From an uncultured bacterium (GTDB lineage Bacteria; Verrucomicrobiota; Kiritimatiellia; RFP12; UBA3636), in assembly GCA_902761575.1 (NCBI GenBank), contig CACWKU010000001.1, positions 22,435 to 86,434 on the forward strand: a stretch of 64,000 nt of DNA. The letters run 5' to 3'. Both the position numbers and the translations under genes were made by a program. This document shows, piece after piece, positions 36,477 to 43,644 of this stretch; within the stretch, counting starts at the first letter, position 1; the number at the start of each line of letters is the position of its first letter. Under the pieces are notes generated by a model. That model was not told the origin of the DNA, did no database searches, and saw nothing but the letters and a program-made list of their open reading frames with translations.

Positions 36477-36534
36477 ATCATACCCCCGCGCCCCAGCGGG
36501 CGAGTAGGTTCAAATCGGGCAAAAACGGGTAAAG
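36477..36534 (-). promoter_or_regulatory. promoter of the malectin-like/GH36-like operon: -10 TATGAT plus upstream CTTTACCCGTTTTTGCCCGATTT element
   Basis: rc ATCATA at 36477-36482. 23-nt element at 36512-36534. Confidence 0.55.
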
Positions 36535-36549
36535 CGCCCAGCCCTTCGC

Positions 36550-36573
36550 GTGGCGGGGTGCGGACCCCGCCAC
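36550..36573 (-). terminator. palindromic hairpin GTGGCGGGGTGCGgACCCCGCCAC 25 nt downstream of the 36598..39927 stop
   Basis: Same palindrome family with one mismatch. Confidence 0.45.
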
Positions 36574-36597
36574 GGCGGCGAACGCCACAAGGGGCGG

Positions 36598-39500
36598 CTA
36601 CTTGATCCGGTAGACGTGCCGGCTGAAGCCGTCGAAGGCGTCGGAGAAGACGCCGCCCTTCGCCTGGAGGGTGCGGTTCTCGTAGAGGACCTCGACCGTG
36701 GTGTCCTGCGGGACGTCGTCCGGGAGGCGGAACGAGACCCGGGCGTTCGGGTGCGGGTTGACGTTGGCCGTGTAGATGCGGCGCTCGCTCCCGTGCCGGC
36801 GCGTGAGGCAGCGGATGTAGTTCTCGGTCTCGCTCGCGATGGCGCCGCCGCAGAGCTCGTCGGAGCAGAGGAAGTCGACGTTGTCCAGCAGCTCGCGGTT
36901 GATGTCCACGAGCGCGTCGTAGCAGCAGCGCGAGGTGGGCATGTTGACGAACCAGGAGAGGCCCGTCGCGCCGGCGGCGACACAGCCCCAGCACTGCGCG
37001 ACCTGCTCCTTGTAGGTCGGGATCCGCGGATGGAGCGAGTTCTCGCTCTCCATGAAGTACCAGCACGGCTTGCCGGGCGCGATGGAGCGCAGGACGTCGA
37101 CCTTCGAGACGACCATGTCGAGCGTGGTGCCGTCGACGGTCAGGTAGTAGTCGACCATCAGGATGTCGGTCGGGAGCCCCGCGAAGCGCCCGGAGATGCC
37201 GAGCCAGCAGTTGTTCATCTGCACGGGGTTGTAGGGGAAGAGGGCCTTCGTCCGCTTCATGAACGCCTTGCAGTCGTCGGCGTTGCGGTACTCGGGCTCG
37301 TCGAGGACGAGCCAGTTGATCACGTTCGGGCTGTCGAGCATGCCGTACATCTTCCGGCGCGACCAGTCGGTGACGGAGTTGTCCTCCCAGCGCCGGATCT
37401 CGCCCACGTCGTCGAGGGTCTGGCCCTCGCCGGTCCAGATCGTGAACTTCATGCCTTTCTGTGCCGCGTACGCGAGCGTCTTGCGGTTCATCTCGATGTC
37501 GCGGACGTTGAGGTTGTTCTGCAGGTTCAGGTACTTGAACCCGGCGTCGGCGAGGATGTCGACCGGACGCGAGGTGCCGTCGTCCATCGGCCCGTTCTCG
37601 CGGCCGATGAGGCACGGCGAGCTCATGAACACCTTCTCGCCGTCGTGGACGAGCGTGCGGGACCACTGGTTGATCTGCGTCGCGCCCTTCTTGAAGGGCA
37701 GCTTGCGGACCTCGGCCTTCCACTCGCGGCCGAGCGCGCGGACCGTGACGGCGTTGGTGCCGCAGGGCATCCCGGAGATGTCGATCGAGACCTGCTCGAA
37801 GCCGCCCTTGCCGTCCCACGCGCGGAAGTCGGCGGTCCTCTCCTCCATGTAGAAGTCGTAGTGGCCGAGGAGGAGCCCCTCGGGCGGGAGCGGATAGCCG
37901 CAGAGCGCGTTCTCGGCGGGCGTGAGCGGCGCCGTGCGCTCGGGCTTCGCGTGCGGGGTCGGCTTGCCGAGCGCGAAGTTCTCCGCGTCGCCGGACTTCG
38001 GCTTGTACTCCGTCGCGTAGGTCTTCGCGGGGTCGAAGCCGCCGGCCGGCGGGTCGACCATCTCGAGCTGCAGGTCGTCGAGCCAGATCGAGGCCTCGGT
38101 CGTGCGGTCGCGAAGGCCGGGGACGTCGAACCAGACGGGGCTGAAGATGCCGGGCGCGGGCAGGTTGGTCGTCGTGACCTCGTAGCGCGTCCATTCGGTC
38201 GTGAGGTCCACGATCCGGGCGTTGTCGGAGAGCTTCGCCTTGAACTGGACGCCGGGCTCGGACGCCTTCGCCCAGAAGGAGAGGACCGCGCTGCGGCCCT
38301 TCTGCGTGGGCGTGTTCCAGGCGAAGAAGTCGAAGCTGCGGACGAACGGCCCGATGCGCAGCCGGAGCGACTGCTTCCCGGAGTGCCTCTCGGCCGTGTC
38401 GACCATGAAGCACTTGAGGTACTTCTCCTTGTAGTCCTCGATCGAGACCTTCGACATCTCGCAGGAATTGCGGTTGCAGTAGTGCAGCGGCACGCCGTCG
38501 CCGTCGAACTCGAAGCCGGAGTTCGAGATCAGGTTCGGGCTGTCCTCGCCCTTGAGCGCGTAGATCGTGACGCGGCGCACCTCGAAGGGGCACTTGAAGT
38601 TCTCGATGCCGAGCGGGGCCCAGTGCGCGACGCCGTCGAAGCCGACGGTCTTCCTCGGCGTGGGCGCCGTGTAGTAGTTGCCCAGGACGCCGTTGAGGAA
38701 GAAGGCGTAGCCCATCATCGTCTCGCCGATCTTGCGACGCTCGAAGCGGACCGTGACCGGCTCGCCCTCCTTGAAGTTGGCGATCCAGGGGTAGGCGCTG
38801 CGCGTCGGCTGGTCGGCCACCGGCTGGTAGAGGGTCACCCCGTAGCCGTCGCTGCGGACGCCGAACGTGCCGTAGTCGCCGGTCATGACCGCCCAGTGGT
38901 AGTCGCCGTCCTTCGGGTCCTTGATCTCGCTCCACGCGGGGTAGACCGCGATCTCGGCCTCGGCCGCGAACTCGTCCGGCAGCTCGCCCTTCCACTGGAT
39001 GCCGTCGCCGGTGCCGCCGCTCGGGATGCGCACCGCGCCGTCCTTCACCTCGATGTCCTTCTGCGCGTGCCCGCGGAAGCTCCAGCGCTCGGCGAAGACC
39101 TTGGGCTCGGAGAAGTCGTCCTCGAAGATCGGGACCGAGAAGTCGGAGACCGGCCCGCCCGGCGCGCGGGCGGCCCCGGCGGCGTTCGCGGGCTCCTTCT
39201 TCTCGTAGCGCGGCCCCGCCTCGAGCGGCACGTCCGTCGCGCTTGCGTAGAACTTCCCCGTGACCTCCTCGTAGAGGCCGGCGACGCCGCCCTTCACGAC
39301 CGGGACGAAGCGCGCGAGCGGCTTTCCGTCCCGGTAGAACTCCGCCCCGTAGAGCGCGAGGTCGTAGCAGGCGTAGGACTTCACCGACCCGTCGTCGCAG
39401 GTCATCCCGAAGAACGAGACCGGGACCTTGCCGGCCGCGGTGCGCTCGCCCTCGAGCTTCATGTCGAAGCTGCCCCAGGTGACGTGCCGGCCGTCGTAGA

Positions 39501-39927
39501 CGATCGACACGCGGGTTCCGATGGCGGAGTCGTTCACCTCCTGGAGGCCGCAGTGGATCCACTTCTCGCGGCTCTTGCGGCCCAGGCTCGCGAACGTCTG
39601 GTAGGCCTGCGCCTCGTGCCCGCCGAGCGCGAGCTGGAAGAGGTCGCGGAAGCCCTCCGCGTCCTGCGCGTCCTCCTGGCCGAAGAAGACCGTCGTGTTC
39701 TTCGCGTGGTCGAACTTCCCGCCGAAGATCTGGTTGAACGGGCCGTCGAACCGGACGTCCATCCGGAACGTCGTCCCGGGCTGCGGCACGAGGTCGGTCT
39801 TCACGCAGCTGCCGTGCGTGGACTTGACGTATTCGACGCGGTAGTCGAAGTCCGCGGCGGCGGCGGACACGGCGGCGGCGGCGAGGCAGGCCGCGACGGC
39901 GCGGGCGTTTCGTTCGATGGCGTTCAT
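36598..39927 (-). CDS. 1109-aa secreted putative glycoside hydrolase of unrecognised family with CBM4/9-like domain; paralog of 43645..46467
   Basis: Track ORF with a signal peptide. C-terminal ~400 aa shared with 43645..46467 (MPCGTNAVTVRA.GR.W, TIWTGE/ILWTGD, PVQMNN, CW(Y/F)F, YENRTL). Confidence 0.55.
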   Translation of the reverse strand: MNAIERNARAVAACLAAAAVSAAAADFDYRVEYVKSTHGSCVKTDLVPQPGTTFRMDVRFDGPFNQIFGGKFDHAKNTTVFFGQEDAQDAEGFRDLFQLALGGHEAQAYQTFASLGRKSREKWIHCGLQEVNDSAIGTRVSIVYDGRHVTWGSFDMKLEGERTAAGKVPVSFFGMTCDDGSVKSYACYDLALYGAEFYRDGKPLARFVPVVKGGVAGLYEEVTGKFYASATDVPLEAGPRYEKKEPANAAGAARAPGGPVSDFSVPIFEDDFSEPKVFAERWSFRGHAQKDIEVKDGAVRIPSGGTGDGIQWKGELPDEFAAEAEIAVYPAWSEIKDPKDGDYHWAVMTGDYGTFGVRSDGYGVTLYQPVADQPTRSAYPWIANFKEGEPVTVRFERRKIGETMMGYAFFLNGVLGNYYTAPTPRKTVGFDGVAHWAPLGIENFKCPFEVRRVTIYALKGEDSPNLISNSGFEFDGDGVPLHYCNRNSCEMSKVSIEDYKEKYLKCFMVDTAERHSGKQSLRLRIGPFVRSFDFFAWNTPTQKGRSAVLSFWAKASEPGVQFKAKLSDNARIVDLTTEWTRYEVTTTNLPAPGIFSPVWFDVPGLRDRTTEASIWLDDLQLEMVDPPAGGFDPAKTYATEYKPKSGDAENFALGKPTPHAKPERTAPLTPAENALCGYPLPPEGLLLGHYDFYMEERTADFRAWDGKGGFEQVSIDISGMPCGTNAVTVRALGREWKAEVRKLPFKKGATQINQWSRTLVHDGEKVFMSSPCLIGRENGPMDDGTSRPVDILADAGFKYLNLQNNLNVRDIEMNRKTLAYAAQKGMKFTIWTGEGQTLDDVGEIRRWEDNSVTDWSRRKMYGMLDSPNVINWLVLDEPEYRNADDCKAFMKRTKALFPYNPVQMNNCWLGISGRFAGLPTDILMVDYYLTVDGTTLDMVVSKVDVLRSIAPGKPCWYFMESENSLHPRIPTYKEQVAQCWGCVAAGATGLSWFVNMPTSRCCYDALVDINRELLDNVDFLCSDELCGGAIASETENYIRCLTRRHGSERRIYTANVNPHPNARVSFRLPDDVPQDTTVEVLYENRTLQAKGGVFSDAFDGFSRHVYRIK

Positions 39928-39966
39928 GGTCGTTTTCCCCTGGATGGTTCCGGTCGGACTTGCGGG

Positions 39967-41121
39967 CTAGAGCCCGAGCTCCTTCGCCTGCTTGGAGGCG
40001 ACGCGCTCGGATTCGGCGGCGGCCTTCACGCGGTCGATCTGGAGGCCGAAGTCGCCGCTCTCCGCGTGGTCGCGGTCGGCGATCGGCTCGTCGCCGAAGC
40101 TCGTCGCCATGATCGAGAAGATGCGCGCGAAGTTGCCGTCGCAGGAGCTGAAGTGCGTGTCGTTCTCGTTGAGGCGGTTGGTGAGCACCACCTCGACGGC
40201 GTCGAGGCCCGGGTCGATCAGGAGGAAGCACCCCGTGGCGCCGGCGTGGCCGACGGCCTCCATCGTGTTCACCTCGCCGAAGTACTGGCCGAAGCCGACG
40301 TAGCCGGACTTGATGAAGAACGCCGGCGTGCGGTTGAACTCGGGCCTGAGGCAGCGGCGGAAGAGCGCGTCGGCACCCTGCGGCGTGAGGATGCCGGCCT
40401 TGCGCGTGCGGCGGATGTCGAGCAGGTGCCGGCCGAACTTCACGAGGTCCGGCGCGGTGATGTGAAGCCCCGACTGCCCCTGGTGCGCGGCGAAGGCGGA
40501 GTGCTCCATGCCGAGCGGGCGGAAGATGCGGTCGCGCGCGAGGTCGGCGACGTCCGCGGCGCCGGTGACCTTCTCGCAGATCTCGGCGAGGATGTCGTAG
40601 CCCTGCGACATGTAGCGGAACTTCTCGTTCACCTCGAAGTCCTGGTACATCGTGGCGTAGAACTCGTCGTGGCGCTTCTCATCCACGGCCTTCGCGACGT
40701 GCCCGGTGCGGTTGCGCCAGCCCGAGGTGTGCGTCATCAGGTTGATGATCGGCACGTTCTCGCCGGGGAACTCCGGAATGTACTTCCTCACGTAGTCGTT
40801 GAGGGAGAGCTTGCCCTCCTCCGAGAGCTGCATCAGCAGCGTCGCGGTGAAGACCTTGGTGATCGAGGCGACGTGGAGGGGCGTGTTCTCGTCGAACCCC
40901 TCCCAGCCCTTCTGCGCGACGAACCGGTAGCGCGTCTCGCCGTGCTGCTCGTAGACGCAGCTCATGCACTTGAGGGCGCCGCCCTCGAACTCGCTGGCGA
41001 GGAACGCGTCCACGCGGGACTTGGCGTCGGCGCCGTCCGCCGCGAACAGCGATCCGGCGAGCAGGGAGGTCGTTCCGACCGCGATGGCGCGGACGGCGTG
41101 GTTCCGAACGATGCGTTTCAT
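39967..41121 (-). CDS. secreted serine hydrolase, beta-lactamase/transpeptidase fold (esterase-like)
   Basis: Track ORF. SxxK motif ASITKVFTA. Confidence 0.7.
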   Translation of the reverse strand: MKRIVRNHAVRAIAVGTTSLLAGSLFAADGADAKSRVDAFLASEFEGGALKCMSCVYEQHGETRYRFVAQKGWEGFDENTPLHVASITKVFTATLLMQLSEEGKLSLNDYVRKYIPEFPGENVPIINLMTHTSGWRNRTGHVAKAVDEKRHDEFYATMYQDFEVNEKFRYMSQGYDILAEICEKVTGAADVADLARDRIFRPLGMEHSAFAAHQGQSGLHITAPDLVKFGRHLLDIRRTRKAGILTPQGADALFRRCLRPEFNRTPAFFIKSGYVGFGQYFGEVNTMEAVGHAGATGCFLLIDPGLDAVEVVLTNRLNENDTHFSSCDGNFARIFSIMATSFGDEPIADRDHAESGDFGLQIDRVKAAAESERVASKQAKELGL

Positions 41122-41203
41122 GGGAGGGCTCCGGACGATGGGGATGTCGTTCCTTCGGCGCGCCGCCCCCCCCGGGGGACGGCACCCGCGCCGAACGCCG
41201 CCG

Positions 41204-41261
41204 AGTATACCCCACGGACCGCTCGCGAAGAAAGGGCGAAATCGGGCAAAGACGGGTAAAT
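41204..41261 (-). promoter_or_regulatory. promoter of the serine-hydrolase/large-GH operon: -10 TATACT plus upstream ATTTACCCGTCTTTGCCCGATTT element
   Basis: rc AGTATA at 41204-41209. 23-nt element at 41239-41261, almost identical to 36512-36534. Confidence 0.55.
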
Positions 41262-41316
41262 CAATGTCACCCCCGTCTTTTCCCGTTCCTCGCCGGTCGG
41301 GCAGTGGAGGCGCGGG

Positions 41317-43515
41317 CTACTCTTCCGCGAAATCGATCTTCCAGCGGAAGAAGAGCCGGGGCGGGCTGCCGCCGGCGGCGGGCTTCCAGGTGCCGTCGCC
41401 GCCGTCGTACGCCATCGGAACCAGATTCTCGTCGGACCAGTCCGCAAGGTCTTCGGTGGCTTGCACCGTCAACGCCGCCCCCTCGGTGTTCACCGGCTCC
41501 GGAATCGTGACGGACGGATTGCCGTCCTCATCGAAGCCGATGTCGAGCAGCGGCTCGGTTAGGTCTGCGGGGCCGATCGAGGGGTCGATGTCGAAGACAT
41601 ACCGCACGCCGGCCGGGATTCCGTTCACCATATCTTCCGGTTTCGGCATGTCTTCCGGTTTCGGTTCGTCGGTAATGCCAACGTCATTCAGCCAGAGCTC
41701 GTACGCGCTGAAGAACGTCCGCAGGTACGGATACGTCTCTTCGTCGATCTTCCAGACGTCGACGAAGTCGAGGGCTGTGAAGGACTCTTTCCGCTGCATC
41801 TCCTCGTCGCCGAGCGGCGTGATGCCGGCGTAGTCGTCGGAGCCGCTACTCGTGCCGGCGGCCTTCAGGCCGTTCTCGGTGTCTTCATAGTAGGAACCCG
41901 TGACGAGACCGGAACTGGCCAGGCCGACGAACGCGCCGCGATAGTGCCCACCATCGCTCGAGACGTAGCTGTAGCACCAGGAGGTGTCGATTCGGGCCGC
42001 CTTCGACACGCCGCCCGCGAAGCCGCCGACATTGTCGCCACCATTGCCGCCGTAGCCGTCGCTGCTATCCACTGACGATTGGGCGCTGGAGTCCGCGATG
42101 AAGCCGCCGCCGTGGTTGCCGACGAAGCCGCCCGTGTACGACTTGCCGGACTCGTTCGCCACATAACTTTCCACGCAGCAGCGGAGAATGACGGGCGCGT
42201 CTGCGGTGTAGCCGACGAAACCGCCGGCGTTGACGCTGTTTGTATTCCAGACTTCTCCGACGAACCAGCAGCCGTCCACTAGCGACTTGGAGTCGATCTT
42301 GCCCGCGAGACCGCCGACGCCGACGTCCTCCAATCCGGAGTCGGCCGGACCGCCGGTGACATAACCCTCCTCCACTTGCACGCCGCTCACGCGGCCGCCG
42401 TTGATCTTGCCGAAGAGTCCCGCATACTTGTCCGTGGTGTCGATGTAGAAGTTGCTGATCTTGTGGTTCTGTCCGTAGAACTCGCCTTTGAACGGGGTTC
42501 TGTAGTTGCCGATGGGCTCGATGGTCTCGCCGTCGAAGTCGATGTCCGCCGTCAGCACATAGCTGCCCGAGAGGTTGTTCGTGACGGCGAGCAGTTCCTC
42601 GGGAGTCGAAATCGGAATCATCGCGCTGGACTTGGCGCGTTTCGGCGCTTCCGGCCACTTGGCGGAGCGTGCCTTTATGTCCGCCTGCGTGAGCCTGCCG
42701 CCCGTGATGGCCGGGTCGTTCCCGCAGAACGGACGCGGCCCGTTGGCGTAGGCCGAAACCGCGCAGTTGACATTCGTTCCTCTCACGTGGTGGCCGATGA
42801 ACGACCCAATGTCGCCGCCCGTGCCCCACACGGCGCCGGAGCACCAGCAGTCGCTGATCGTCGCATCGTCGTGGGCGAGCCGCCCGACGAAGCCGCCGTA
42901 GTAGCTGGCGGCGGAGCGCACGTCGCCGCGCGCCACGCAGTTGGAGATCACGGCTGGCGCATAAACGTAGCCGATGAATCCGCCCGCCATGCCGGAACCG
43001 CTGACGAAGCCGTCCGCACGGCAGTCGACGATTCGATTGGTCGCGCTGCCGCCGGCGCAGGCCCCGACCAGACCTCCGGCGTAGGAGTTGGTCGCCGCGA
43101 TCTCGACCGTCGCGATGCAGTTGCTGATGACCGTTCCGCCCGTGATGCATCCGACGAGACCGCCGACGTACTGCTTGCCCGCGACCGTTCCCGAGACGGA
43201 AACACGCTTGATCGTCGCATTGCTCGCGCAGCCGAAGAGCCCGCGATAGTCGCTGCCCGACAGGCTGTTCGTGCAGAAGAGGTTGCGGATGGCGCGGTCG
43301 TTGCCGTTGAACGTGCCGGTGAACGGCGCCGAATCGGTGCCGATGGGCGTCCAGTCCGCCCCGCCGAGGTCGATGTCCGAGCCAAGCTCGTAGGAGCCGG
43401 CGAGGTTCTCCGCGATCGCCGCGAACCCCTCGCGGGTGGTGACGAGCGTGGGCTCGGCGACCGCGTGCGCTGCCGCGAAGGCGAAGAGCAGGGGAAGAAG
43501 GGGACGGTGCTTCAT
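41317..43515 (-). CDS. secreted GLUG-motif repeat protein
   Basis: Track ORF. Many YxGG(L/F)(V/A)G repeats (YVGGLVG, YAGGLVG, NAGGFVG, NVGGFAG). Confidence 0.6.
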   Translation of the reverse strand: MKHRPLLPLLFAFAAAHAVAEPTLVTTREGFAAIAENLAGSYELGSDIDLGGADWTPIGTDSAPFTGTFNGNDRAIRNLFCTNSLSGSDYRGLFGCASNATIKRVSVSGTVAGKQYVGGLVGCITGGTVISNCIATVEIAATNSYAGGLVGACAGGSATNRIVDCRADGFVSGSGMAGGFIGYVYAPAVISNCVARGDVRSAASYYGGFVGRLAHDDATISDCWCSGAVWGTGGDIGSFIGHHVRGTNVNCAVSAYANGPRPFCGNDPAITGGRLTQADIKARSAKWPEAPKRAKSSAMIPISTPEELLAVTNNLSGSYVLTADIDFDGETIEPIGNYRTPFKGEFYGQNHKISNFYIDTTDKYAGLFGKINGGRVSGVQVEEGYVTGGPADSGLEDVGVGGLAGKIDSKSLVDGCWFVGEVWNTNSVNAGGFVGYTADAPVILRCCVESYVANESGKSYTGGFVGNHGGGFIADSSAQSSVDSSDGYGGNGGDNVGGFAGGVSKAARIDTSWCYSYVSSDGGHYRGAFVGLASSGLVTGSYYEDTENGLKAAGTSSGSDDYAGITPLGDEEMQRKESFTALDFVDVWKIDEETYPYLRTFFSAYELWLNDVGITDEPKPEDMPKPEDMVNGIPAGVRYVFDIDPSIGPADLTEPLLDIGFDEDGNPSVTIPEPVNTEGAALTVQATEDLADWSDENLVPMAYDGGDGTWKPAAGGSPPRLFFRWKIDFAEE

Positions 43516-43644
43516 GGCGGGGAACGGCGCCGCATTCTACCAGATTCCCGCGTGCGCGCAAACGCCCCCGCCTCCCGGCGGCACGGGGACCGGAATGGAG
43601 CCCGCACGCGGCCGCCGAGGAGGCGATGCCCGGCCCGGCGCGCG

